Shown: positions 1 through 9,977 of the stretch, in pieces
Position numbering within the stretch: position 1 is the first letter of the stretch
How the letters are laid out: the number at the start of each line of letters is the position of its first letter
Source: Candidatus Poribacteria bacterium
GTDB taxonomy: Bacteria > Poribacteria > WGA-4E > WGA-3G
DNA length: 64,000 nt
Direction: 5' to 3'
Assembly: GCA_963665235.2 (NCBI GenBank)
Contig: CAXXLX010000001.1
Coordinates: forward strand, 2,176,001-2,240,000
Program-made: the position numbers and the translations under genes
Notes under the pieces: generated by a model
Database searches by the model: none
What the model saw: the letters and a program-made list of their open reading frames with translations, nothing else
What the model was told of the DNA's origin: nothing

Positions 1-439
1 CAGGACGGTGTCTATTGGGGCAAAATGCTGGAGCCGATGCACGTCATAACAATGTGGTTGGCGGTTGATGAATCAAAGGTTGAAAACGGCTGCATGCGTG
101 TCATTCCCGGAAGCCACACCCTACGCGACCGCCGCTATGAAGCAGTAAATCGTGAGAATCAGCTCTTCGGCAGCGAGGTTGTGGCAGGCTGATCGCGATA
201 TATCAAAGGCGGTTGACTTGGAACTCGCGGTGGGGGAATGCCACTTCCACGATGCTTGGACGCTCCACAATTCCAGTCCGAACGTCTCACAAAAACGGCG
301 ATGCGGTTACACAATGCGCTACATGCCAGCAAATGTGCGTTATCCTGGTGCGGAATGGAGACCTACACACAAAATCTATCTGGTCCAAGGTGAGGACAGG
401 ACAGATGGCTTTAATACCTACGCGGCTGTTCCGGAATAG
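1..439 (+). pseudogene. PhyH-family (phytanoyl-CoA dioxygenase-like) gene, 5'-truncated by window edge and frameshifted near 188
   Basis: Frame 1 reads QDGVYWGKMLEPMHVITMWLAVDESKVENGCMRVIPGSH...VVAG then TGA at 190-192. Frame 2 continues DISKAVDLELAVGECHFHDAWTLHNSSPN...RRCGYTMRY, a typical PhyH C-terminal half. Confidence 0.75.
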
Positions 440-460
440 CAATCAGCCAAAGGAGAATTT

Positions 461-1321
461 ATGAACCCCTATTTTGATGTACATTGTCATATCGGCATGA
501 CGGTATCGCGTGCCCCGGTTGTTGGGCAGAACGTTGGCAGGTGTCTTGCACGGATGGCTTCTGCAAACGTTATCGGTGCAATTCCGTGTCCGACAGCAGG
601 TGGCCCACAAGCACGCGGTGTCCTAGACACCCGCACACAGAACGAGACAATCGCCGCTGCATGCAGACTATACCCGGAACGTTTCCCCATCGGACTCGGT
701 ATTGTGGAGGTGCGACACGAACAGGCGGGGGTAGACGAGCTCAATAGGGCAATGATGGCGGATGGTTTAGTCGGATTTGTCTGCCACCCGGCCCTCTCTG
801 GCCATTCCCTCGGCGGCGAGTTGCACGCGTTTCTTGAAGTGGTGGCGATGCATAACGGGTTGTGTCTATTGCATCAGGCGGGCTCCACCCGAAACATCGC
901 AGCGTACGCGCAACGGTTTCCAACGGTAACGTTCATCATCGGGCATGTCTCTATGAACAAAGCGGGGCATCTGGATGCCATTGCCCAGTGTGGCCCGCGT
1001 GAGAATGTATGGTTCGATGTGGCACAGAAGCCGGAGGGTGCAGATGACAGCTGGGATTTGGTGCATCTCGTGAATAACCTCGGCACTGAGCGGATTATGT
1101 TCGGCAGCGACCTACCGTATTACGATTTTCGCCTAGTGCAGGCACAGATTGAAACGGCACAGCTTGACGATGAAACGAAGGAACGGATTGCTTATCGGAA
1201 CGCGGTGCGGTTGGTTCAAAAATTCCGAGCTGACTGGACACCAACGCTCACCGCAATAACGCCGCCACAGGTCTATTCGGAGACAGAGATGTGGGATGCA
1301 AACGGGGCAAGGTTAAAATAG
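461..1321 (+). CDS. Amidohydrolase family 2 protein (TIM-barrel metal-dependent hydrolase)
   Basis: FDVHCH metal motif, IIGH, MFGSDLP; AAGGAG RBS upstream. Confidence 0.85.
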   Translation: MNPYFDVHCHIGMTVSRAPVVGQNVGRCLARMASANVIGAIPCPTAGGPQARGVLDTRTQNETIAAACRLYPERFPIGLGIVEVRHEQAGVDELNRAMMADGLVGFVCHPALSGHSLGGELHAFLEVVAMHNGLCLLHQAGSTRNIAAYAQRFPTVTFIIGHVSMNKAGHLDAIAQCGPRENVWFDVAQKPEGADDSWDLVHLVNNLGTERIMFGSDLPYYDFRLVQAQIETAQLDDETKERIAYRNAVRLVQKFRADWTPTLTAITPPQVYSETEMWDANGARLK

Positions 1322-1322
1322 A

Positions 1323-2186
1323 TTATTTTACAATTTCAACCGCCCGGATCCGACGGCGAAGCACAAAGAGACAGAGCGCAATAAGGATGGCTAACGTGAG
1401 AAACGACCAAAACCAATGCACCGCATAACCGGAATCATTGTCAAACAGTGAAGCCCCCAGCCGGTCGTAGTTCGCCCAAATTGACACTAAAGCCACTCTG
1501 CTAGTTCGGGTAATCTCTTTAAGGATGACATAGATGACAGGCGTACCAAACCAGACTGCACAGAAACCGATTGTGGCGTAACGAGGATTTTTGGTCAGCG
1601 ATGAGAAAAGCAACATCAACAAGCTACAAGATACGGCGATAATTACCGAATAGACGATGATAGATAGGGGCAGCCAATAGTACTCTTCAAGAAAGGATAT
1701 ATCCGATAAGAGAAGCTGCTCCAGAAATAACAACAGCCCAGGAATCAACGTCAGACAGCCGATTAAAATAGCAATCGCAGCAAATTTTCCGATAAGATAA
1801 TCTATCCACGAAATGGGTTTGGAGAGGTAGAGCGAAAGCGCGTTATGCTTCAGATCATTGGAGATTAATCCCGACCCTCCAAAAATAAGGACTAACGCAA
1901 TTAAAAATCCTGATGGAAACGGCGTAATCCTGAATAAAAATCCCCGGAAAAAACCGCTATCAACCTTTATGGGTAAGGGTATCTCTTCCGGAAGATAATT
2001 TAAAATGTAGATAAGGATGCCGTAATATAGGATGTAAATTACCGGGGGAATTGCGACGATTAATCGGACAATTTTGCGTTGGGCGAGTAGTTTCAGTTCC
2101 GCCTTCGCGATAATCCACCACCGTGTATAGTTATGAGGTTTTAGTGTGCCATCCCAATGGCGATAGTCTTGTGTATGAATAGGCAT
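1323..2186 (-). CDS. ABC-2 type transporter permease subunit
   Basis: About 6 TM segments; GSGLISNDLKHNALSLYLSKPISWIDYLIGK is the typical ABC-2 membrane motif. Confidence 0.85.
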   Translation of the reverse strand: MPIHTQDYRHWDGTLKPHNYTRWWIIAKAELKLLAQRKIVRLIVAIPPVIYILYYGILIYILNYLPEEIPLPIKVDSGFFRGFLFRITPFPSGFLIALVLIFGGSGLISNDLKHNALSLYLSKPISWIDYLIGKFAAIAILIGCLTLIPGLLLFLEQLLLSDISFLEEYYWLPLSIIVYSVIIAVSCSLLMLLFSSLTKNPRYATIGFCAVWFGTPVIYVILKEITRTSRVALVSIWANYDRLGASLFDNDSGYAVHWFWSFLTLAILIALCLFVLRRRIRAVEIVK

Positions 2187-2191
2187 AACAA

Positions 2192-2698
2192 TTAGTTCTT
2201 ATAGATAGCTGTTCTTTCCGCTGTATCGGTAAAGGGGCCCTGTTTGTCTGTTTGGATTTCAATAGTGACGACTCCTAAGGGGGTGTCCCGCTCGGGATCC
2301 TCGTCAATAAAGGCTCGCGGTATCTCAGCAGTGAGCATTCTATTAAGGTTATTCGGCTCACTTGCCCATTTGAGATGAAGAAGTCGGTCGTCGTAAACTT
2401 TCCGATTTTTGACCCCGTTACGGATGGAGTAGACCTCGGCGTTGGTGGTAAAGTCCGCCTCAGAGATAGTGCTTACGCCGACCCCTGGACTGAGCACGCT
2501 TTGGTTCCATATAAGCGGCTGGCCGTTTCTGTCAAGCAGATAAATGCTAATCAGTAATCGATCGACTCGTGGTTCGGATATAATCCGAATTCCCTCAAAG
2601 TTTTGGATTTCCCCGCTTCCGCATGAAAAGAATGTAAGTACGCAGAGGCAACCGAGGAGGATAACCCGTAATTGGAAGTTAAAACGAAACACCTTCAA
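2192..2698 (-). CDS. Hypothetical lipoprotein
   Basis: Signal peptide with lipobox-like FFSC; AGGAG RBS before TTG start; 5 bp from permease gene. Confidence 0.7.
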   Translation of the reverse strand: MKVFRFNFQLRVILLGCLCVLTFFSCGSGEIQNFEGIRIISEPRVDRLLISIYLLDRNGQPLIWNQSVLSPGVGVSTISEADFTTNAEVYSIRNGVKNRKVYDDRLLHLKWASEPNNLNRMLTAEIPRAFIDEDPERDTPLGVVTIEIQTDKQGPFTDTAERTAIYKN

Positions 2699-2952
2699 CC
2701 AACGCTCCTTTTTCCAGTGTTAGGATCAGCGCTCCTATACCTAATGGCGTGCTGTCGTATCATATTATACCCTTTTTAGCGGATGGATGTCAAATTAAAT
2801 TTGGAGTGGGGGGTAAAGGATTTCGCGTCTGTTGTCAGAATGCACGTCGCATTTGGGCGAGTACGCCGCAAATCGCGGATTACACAGAGGACACGGAGAA
2901 CACGGAAAAAGAGGTTTTTGCTAACATCTACGCATTTTGTGATTGAGGCGGC

Positions 2953-3771
2953 TTATTCTATAATGCCGTCCATGCGGACACGCACCCACTCGCGCTGTTC
3001 TGGATGTGTGAAGATATAGAAGGCACCGGTCTGGATAGCTTGGTAGACATACTCCGCCACTTCCGCAGGAGATATGCCCGCCTCCATCTCAACCCGCACC
3101 CTTTGCAAATGGTCTGCAGCATGCCTCTGGGGACGAATCTCTACTTCGGAATTCGGCAATACGTCCGGACGGTTTCGGGCGGACTCCAAGATGCCGGTTC
3201 GCACCCACCCCGGACACAAGACATGCACCTGAATCGGCGCGTCTTTTTGTGCCAATTCATCGGCGAGGGTTTCCGAAAGCACAACGACACCGTGTTTGCT
3301 CACCTTATAGATGCCCTGCCCCGGACCACGCACTAAGCCGAGAATAGAGGCGGTATTCACAATGTGACACTTCGTCTCCTGTTTTTGTTGTGAAAGCATG
3401 CGGGGAACAAATGCACGTATACCGTGAATTACACCCCACAAGTTAACACCTAACACCCACTCCCAATCGGCAACGGTATGTTCCCAGATGGGACGGCTGC
3501 AAACGACACCGGCATTGTTGCAGAGAATATGCACCGCGCCAAAGGTCTCCACGGTCTGTGCGGCAAGGTTTTCAACGTCGACAGCGTTTGAGACATCTGT
3601 TCGGACAGCAAGGACAGTTGCACCTGTGGCGCGTAGGTCAGCCTCAAGTTTGGCTAACGGCTCCGTTTCAATATCTGCAAGGACGACCGCCATCCCTTCC
3701 GCAGCGAATCGTTCCGCCATCCCGCGACCGATACCACTCGCAGCACCGGTAATCACAGCAACACTCTTCAT
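2953..3771 (-). CDS. Short-chain dehydrogenase/reductase (SDR)
   Basis: TGAASGIG, NNAG, YKVSK catalytic motif. Confidence 0.92.
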   Translation of the reverse strand: MKSVAVITGAASGIGRGMAERFAAEGMAVVLADIETEPLAKLEADLRATGATVLAVRTDVSNAVDVENLAAQTVETFGAVHILCNNAGVVCSRPIWEHTVADWEWVLGVNLWGVIHGIRAFVPRMLSQQKQETKCHIVNTASILGLVRGPGQGIYKVSKHGVVVLSETLADELAQKDAPIQVHVLCPGWVRTGILESARNRPDVLPNSEVEIRPQRHAADHLQRVRVEMEAGISPAEVAEYVYQAIQTGAFYIFTHPEQREWVRVRMDGIIE

Positions 3772-3775
3772 TCAA

Positions 3776-6198
3776 TTACCTCGATGAAATATCCCACAGT
3801 ATGACTGTCCCATCATAATGCTCCGTTACGATTTTACGACTGTCCGGGGAAAATCTAATACCGTCATCGTGGAGATTCGTAAGCCATGGGAATGTTTTTA
3901 TAAGCTTACCCGTATATGGATCCCATAGGCGCACATGCCCCTTATAAGACCGTGGGTATGTCATTAACATTTTACCGTCTGGTGAATAGCGGACAGTTCC
4001 TATACGGCTCGATCTCCCTACGTGTTTATCTTTGAGATGAATTAGTTTTCCTATCGGTTTTTCTGTGTGGACATTCCACAACCGTATCTTATCGTATTCT
4101 ATAACAAGCGAAAATGTATCTTGCGTTGGAGAAAATATCTTCCAATTGATGTGATCCGGCCAATTGATGCGATTAGATTGGAACCACCCAGAGAACATCT
4201 CTCGTAAAGGCTTAAAGATTCCTTCATTATGTTTGGGAAACGTTTTAAGACGCGCTCCTGTGGTAACATTCCAAAGTGATGCCGTTTTGTCCCACCTAGA
4301 ACCAGTAATGGCATGTATGTCTCCATCGGGTGAACGCACCAAATCGGTGTCTGAACCGCTAGGCATTTTGAGCGTTTTGATGTTTTTTCCCGTGTTTGTA
4401 TCCCACAATCGAACCGACGTATCTTTGCCATGCGTTGCAAGGGTTTTGCTATCCAACCCATACATGAAGTTATACACTGTGTCCGTATGTCCTATAAGTG
4501 TCTTTATGTTTTCTCCGGTAGTTGTATCCCATAGCCGGACAGAATTGTCGCTGTAATTCGTTGCAAGCACTTTTCCGTCCGGTGAATACGCAAACCTCTG
4601 ATACATGTCTGTAGCCTCGAGCGTCAAAATGTTGGCTCCCGTGGCCACATCCCACAGATGCAAAGTACCGCCCTTACTAGATTTTACGAACGTTCGTGTT
4701 ACTATCGTTTTGCCATCTGGAGAAAAAACTGGCCCATAAAGATTGCTCTCATGCTCTGCAAGTGTATTTAGGTGTTTCCCTGTATTCACATCCCATAAGC
4801 GCACGGTTTTGTCCTTACTAAACGTCGCGATCATTTTGCCATCTGGTGAATAAACAGGGGTATAAACAGTATCCGTATGTCCACTAAGCATAAGCATTTT
4901 TATATTTTTATGAGTGTTTGCATCCCATATTCCCACTGTCCCTCCTGTAGTTTCGGTTGCGAATGTCCTACTCTCAGGTGAAAGGATGATACGGTCAATA
5001 TTATACCTGTGTCCTTTGAGTGTATTAAGATATTTACCCGTAGCTGCCTCCCGTAGCTGCACCTGATTTCCCATCAGAATTGTGAGCACTTTCCTATCTG
5101 GAAAGTACGTTACGGAATGCGGCCTATGTGCTATAAACGTTTTCAGGTTTTCACCGGTGTGTGCATCCCACCACTGCATTGCGCCATCTGTCCCAGTAGT
5201 TGCGATTGTTTTTCCATCCGGTGAATATGCAGTGTGTGTAATGGCACCCGCATGTCCCCGCGCGAAATAGAGGGGACCTGTGTATGTTTCATAAGTCTTT
5301 AGAGTGCGCCGGTATGTGCGTTCCACCGATGTAACATGCCATCCCAACCACCTGATACGATAGTATTCCCATCCGGTGAATAGGCAACTGTAGTGATAAT
5401 ATCCTCATGTCCAGTGAGCGTTTTTATGTTTTCACCTGTGTTTATATCCCACAACCGAACCGTCTTGTCTCTGCTTGCACTTACAATAGTCCCACCATCC
5501 GGTGAATAGGCAACCTCAAGTCCCGCTTCTGTATGTCCAGTAAGTGTTCGTATGTTTTCTCCGGTGTGTGCATCCCACAATCGTACTGTTTTGTCCCCGC
5601 CGCCACTCACGATTGTTTTGCCATCGGGAGAATACGCAAATGAGGCGATAGGCATGTCAGGATGTCCTTCGTAGAAGGTGTCTGGCTTTTCATGTCCGGC
5701 GAGTGTTTTAAAGTGTTTTCCTGTGTGAGGATTCCACAGTTCTATCGTACTTTCTTCACCTCTTGTTGCGATTGTTTTGCCATCCGGAGAATATTTGATA
5801 TAACCGATATATTCCTGCTCCTTCAGTGTGAACGTTTTGATATTTTTTCCTGTGTGTGCGTTCCATATTTGCACTGTGTCCTCTTCTCCGCCACTCACGA
5901 TTGTTTTTCCATCCGGAGAATATGCAGCACAAATGACGGAATTCGGACGCTTTCCTGTTATCAAATTAAGTGTTTCTCCAGTACGTGCATCATAAATCCA
6001 GATGCCGATGCGTGTACTGACAGCCATCTGAGTTCCATCCGGAGAATATGCTATCCCCCGAATATATCCCTTACCGAAACGGACTATAGCCCCTTCAGGT
6101 AAACCCATTTGCGTGTGAGGTTCGAACTGCGCGAAAGCGGTTGATAGACACAAGGTCATAACAAGAGCTAACGTTTGCCGCAAAGCTGACTTTTTCAT
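3776..6198 (-). pseudogene. Secreted WD40-repeat beta-propeller protein (~807 aa) split by a 1-nt deletion near 5303
   Basis: ORF 5299-6198 ends ...WNAHTGAL* and ORF 3776-5347 resumes LKTYETY... Joined, they are colinear with the intact paralog 6243-8486. Signal peptide and many YSPDG..SG..D.TVRLWD repeats. Confidence 0.8.
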
Positions 6199-6242
6199 GG
6201 ATGAATCTCCTTTGTAGACATTTTGTGTTAACTGCCATGTGC

Positions 6243-8486
6243 TTACTTACGGGAGGGAAGGTCCCACAGTATGACTGTGCCATCTTTATGTGCTGTTGCA
6301 ATTGTATTGCTATCGGGAGAATATGCAACTGAATTTTCGTATTCACAATTTGAATGCCCTCGGAGCGTTTTTAGTAGTTTACGCGTGGCAACATCCCACA
6401 ATCGTATCGTCCCACCGAGAAAATTCTCACCAACTGGAATGGTCGCTACTGTTTTACCGTCCGGTGAATACGTGACTACGGTGTAACCCCCTTCATCTTT
6501 GAGATGTTTTATCGGTTTTCCTATCTGTTTCCCTGTTGCGATATTATACAGTCGCACTGGATTGTTACCAGCAGTCACGAATGTATCCGCAGTTGGTGAA
6601 AATATGATTGTATAGTTCCAAGGGGCTACCTTATTAAAATTCAGCCATCCAAAGAGGGTATGCCCTAAAGCACTAAAAAGTCCATCCTCCTGTTTTTCAA
6701 ACGTTTTTGTACGTTGCCCTGTGGTAAGGTCCCACAGCAACGCTCTTTGAGATTCATAAGTCGTAATTGCATACGGTTTATCTTGTAAATGCACAATGGC
6801 AGTGGCAAAAGCCTTTGGTGTGTTAAGCGTCTTTATGTTTTTACCTGTGGTTGTATCCCACAACTGTACCGCTTTTTTCGTATAGGTTGCGATTGTTTTG
6901 CCGTCCGGCGAAAACACAATGTACCAGGCATGCCCCGGAAGTGTCCTTATGTTTTTACCTGTGTTTGTATCTCGCAGTTGCACTGACTTGCCGCTCCAAT
7001 TAGTTGCGAATATCTGTCCATCTGGGGAATATGCGAAACGGCTGCCAACACCGAGCCTGCGTTCAAATGTCTTTATGTTTTTTCCGTTATGTGTGTTCCA
7101 TAAACGTACCTCATTGTCCGTACTGTGAGTTGCAAGTGTTTTGCCATTCGGGGAATAGTCAAGCATGTCAATGCCTTCTTCATGTGCAACGAGGACTATT
7201 AGGTTTTTTCCTGTGTGTGTATCCCACAACCGTGCTGTTCCATCAATGCTCCCGGTTGCCAATGTCCCTCCATCGGGAGAAAACGCTATGCTAGAAATAA
7301 AGCTTTCATGTCCTTTAAGTGTTTTCAGATGTTTTCCGGTGTTAGCATTCCAGAGGCTCACCCCATGTCCTTCATCAGTAATTGCAATTGTTTTGCCATC
7401 GGGTGCGTATTCTATAGGCCCCTGATTACTGATATAACCCGTGAATGTTTTTGTGTGTTCTCCTGTCCCTACACTCCACCACTGCATTGTACCGTCCGAG
7501 TATCCAATAGCGATTGTTTTGCTATCCGCAGAAAATGCAATACATTTGGGACTTACTGTCCTCTTTATCAAGCTTTTTATCGGTTGTTCTGCGTGTGTGT
7601 CCCACAACTGCACTACACCTTCACTTCCAATTGCGACCATTTTACCATCCGGGGAATACGCAATACAATCGACAGTATTCAGTGTAGTCAGAGGTCTTAA
7701 CGGTTGTTCCGCGTCCATATTGAGGATGTACACTGTTTCTGGTTCACTACTAATTATTTCTGTGACGGTATCGTCATCTGGGGAATACATAATGCGCTCT
7801 AGGCAGCTCGTTATCAAGAGGGTGTCGCCTCCCGGGGAATACGTAATCGGATAACTATATCCAGTAAGTGTTTTGAGCGGTCGTCCCGTGAGTACATCCC
7901 AAAACCGCACTGTGCCGTCACGACTAGTACTTACGAGGGTGTCACTGTCTGGAGAATACTTAACCGAATTGATAACGTAATTATGTCCTTCGAGTGTTTT
8001 TATATTTTGACCCGTGCGGGCACTCCAAAGCCGCACCGTCCTATCCGCACTGCCCGTTGCGATTGTTTTGCCATCCAGTGAATACGCTATTGAGCTGATA
8101 CCCTCAGTGTGCCCTTTGAGTGTTTTTATATTTTTCCTTGTTTGGATATCCCACAACCGCACCGTTTTATCCCGGCTTATAGTAGCAATTGTCTCACCAT
8201 CGGGTGAATACGCAGCAGCATAGACTCTATCTGTGTGTCCTCCTGTTATCAGGTCTAGTTCTTCCCCTGTTCGTGCATCGTGTAACCAAACGCCGATGGA
8301 GGTTGTGACAGCAAGTTGGGTGCCATCTGGCGAATACATTATCTCCTGTATATCCCCCTTCCCGAAACGTGCTATAGCCCCTTCGGGTAACCCCGTTTGC
8401 GTATGCGGTTCGAACTGCGCGAAAGCGGTTGATAGACACAAAGTCATGGAGAAAAAGAGCATTTGCATCAAACACAATTTCTTCAT
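6243..8486 (-). CDS. Secreted WD40-repeat beta-propeller protein
   Basis: Signal peptide (MKKLCL...AFA), GLPEGAIARFGKG N-terminal motif, more than 12 WD40 repeats; GAGGT RBS before ATG 8486. Confidence 0.9.
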   Translation of the reverse strand: MKKLCLMQMLFFSMTLCLSTAFAQFEPHTQTGLPEGAIARFGKGDIQEIMYSPDGTQLAVTTSIGVWLHDARTGEELDLITGGHTDRVYAAAYSPDGETIATISRDKTVRLWDIQTRKNIKTLKGHTEGISSIAYSLDGKTIATGSADRTVRLWSARTGQNIKTLEGHNYVINSVKYSPDSDTLVSTSRDGTVRFWDVLTGRPLKTLTGYSYPITYSPGGDTLLITSCLERIMYSPDDDTVTEIISSEPETVYILNMDAEQPLRPLTTLNTVDCIAYSPDGKMVAIGSEGVVQLWDTHAEQPIKSLIKRTVSPKCIAFSADSKTIAIGYSDGTMQWWSVGTGEHTKTFTGYISNQGPIEYAPDGKTIAITDEGHGVSLWNANTGKHLKTLKGHESFISSIAFSPDGGTLATGSIDGTARLWDTHTGKNLIVLVAHEEGIDMLDYSPNGKTLATHSTDNEVRLWNTHNGKNIKTFERRLGVGSRFAYSPDGQIFATNWSGKSVQLRDTNTGKNIRTLPGHAWYIVFSPDGKTIATYTKKAVQLWDTTTGKNIKTLNTPKAFATAIVHLQDKPYAITTYESQRALLWDLTTGQRTKTFEKQEDGLFSALGHTLFGWLNFNKVAPWNYTIIFSPTADTFVTAGNNPVRLYNIATGKQIGKPIKHLKDEGGYTVVTYSPDGKTVATIPVGENFLGGTIRLWDVATRKLLKTLRGHSNCEYENSVAYSPDSNTIATAHKDGTVILWDLPSRK

Positions 8487-8502
8487 GATTTCAACCTCTG
8501 TC

Positions 8503-9951
8503 CTATAAATACGGGTAAGTCGCATCCGGTTCATAGTCCGGCAGCAAAGCGTAATGCGGTTGTCCGACTATAAGTTTTTCGCCATCAGTAAACCCTTCAG
8601 GACGGTCGAGCAGAAATTCGATGAGGCGATTTCGCCACGGTTCTAAAACCGTTTCAGCATCGCTTTGACGTGCCAAATCGCGTGTTTCATGCGGGTCTTC
8701 TTGCAGATTGAAGAGATGTTCTCGTCCAGTTTGGGAATACCAGATGTACTTGTAGTGCCCATCGGTCAGATAATGGTTACCGTGTTTATATTCATAACAC
8801 CCGGCGTGCTCACCGTGCAGACACTCTCGCACGCGGTCGGCATCGCCTTGCATGATAGGCAATAGACTTTTACCGGTACAGGTGCTGGGAATTTCGATAT
8901 TTGCCGCGTCAAGAATAGTGGGCATGATGTCCTGTAGTCCGACAGGACTATGGCAAACGGTTTCCTTCGGATACCGCCATTTCGTGGGTGCACGCATGAG
9001 GAAAGGCACTCGGGCAGAGGCTTCGTAAGGAAAAGTTTTCCGGAACATATTGTGGTCGCCCAGCATTTCACCGTGGTCAGAGGTGAAAATAACGAGGCAG
9101 TCGTTCAATCCGCCAGCGGATTGAAGGAGACGGCCGAGCTGATCATCGATGAAATTAATCATTCCGTAATAGGCGGCCCGGGCGCAGTGCATATCGTGGC
9201 TATCGAGACAGATCTCCCAAGCGTTTGGGTTCAACCCCTTCTGTGCATCTTCAAATTCGGGTGCCCAATCACCGACCACAGGGGGTGGAAGCTTCCGGTT
9301 GACGTACCGTTGATAATAGTGCGCTGGAGGTGTCAACGGGGGATGTGGGTCTATAAAGGAGATGTTGAGGAAAAACGGAACGGATGGGTCACGTTTTCGT
9401 AGGAATTTGAGAGCGCGGTCGACACACCAGAAGGTGTGCATCTGCTCTTCGGGCAGGTGATGGGGTCGTCCAACCCAGCCGTTAGCAGAGACACCGTGTG
9501 CCATACCGGGCTCATAATCGTTGCGCCGGTGATATTGCTGCAACCATTCGACATAGTCGTTGTTAGCAGTGCCATGCGTAGCATCAGACAACTGAAGATG
9601 ATCGAAACCGTATCGCTTACGGGGTGGGCTCAGATGTAATTTGCCAATCATCTCGGTTTGATACCCGGCTGCGGACAATTCGCCAGCGAGAGTATGCGGT
9701 GGGTTCCACGGTGCGCCTCTATATCCAACGGCTCCGTTAGCAGCGGGTGCGGTGCCGGTCATAATGCCGCGCCGAGCGGGAATACAACTTGGGCATTCAG
9801 CGTACCCACGGCGGAAGTGTGTCCCGCTTCGACCGAGCCAGTCTAAATTCGGTGTCTGTAGACAGTTGGGACCGTCGGGTTCAATCCCCAAACAGTCCCC
9901 ACGTTGTTGGTCGGTAGTGATTAGCAGAATATTAGGACGTTCATCAGACAT
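8503..9951 (-). CDS. Sulfatase (Cys-type, formylglycine-dependent)
   Basis: PNILLITTDQQR, CIPAR (CxPxR), GKLH, SDHGEMLGDH. Confidence 0.93.
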   Translation of the reverse strand: MSDERPNILLITTDQQRGDCLGIEPDGPNCLQTPNLDWLGRSGTHFRRGYAECPSCIPARRGIMTGTAPAANGAVGYRGAPWNPPHTLAGELSAAGYQTEMIGKLHLSPPRKRYGFDHLQLSDATHGTANNDYVEWLQQYHRRNDYEPGMAHGVSANGWVGRPHHLPEEQMHTFWCVDRALKFLRKRDPSVPFFLNISFIDPHPPLTPPAHYYQRYVNRKLPPPVVGDWAPEFEDAQKGLNPNAWEICLDSHDMHCARAAYYGMINFIDDQLGRLLQSAGGLNDCLVIFTSDHGEMLGDHNMFRKTFPYEASARVPFLMRAPTKWRYPKETVCHSPVGLQDIMPTILDAANIEIPSTCTGKSLLPIMQGDADRVRECLHGEHAGCYEYKHGNHYLTDGHYKYIWYSQTGREHLFNLQEDPHETRDLARQSDAETVLEPWRNRLIEFLLDRPEGFTDGEKLIVGQPHYALLPDYEPDATYPYL

Positions 9952-9977
9952 TTCGAACTCCAATCCAAATGGGTTAA

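Noticed and set aside
190-192. Selenocysteine or UGA read-through in the PhyH gene
   Set aside because: The conserved continuation is in a different frame, so read-through would not restore the protein.
2870-2906. ncRNA in the intergenic region
   Set aside because: Only degenerate 9-bp repeats (CACGGAGAA-like); no recognisable structure.
3776-8534. Diversity-generating retroelement TR/VR pair in the WD40 genes
   Set aside because: No reverse transcriptase in the window, and differences are not adenine-specific.
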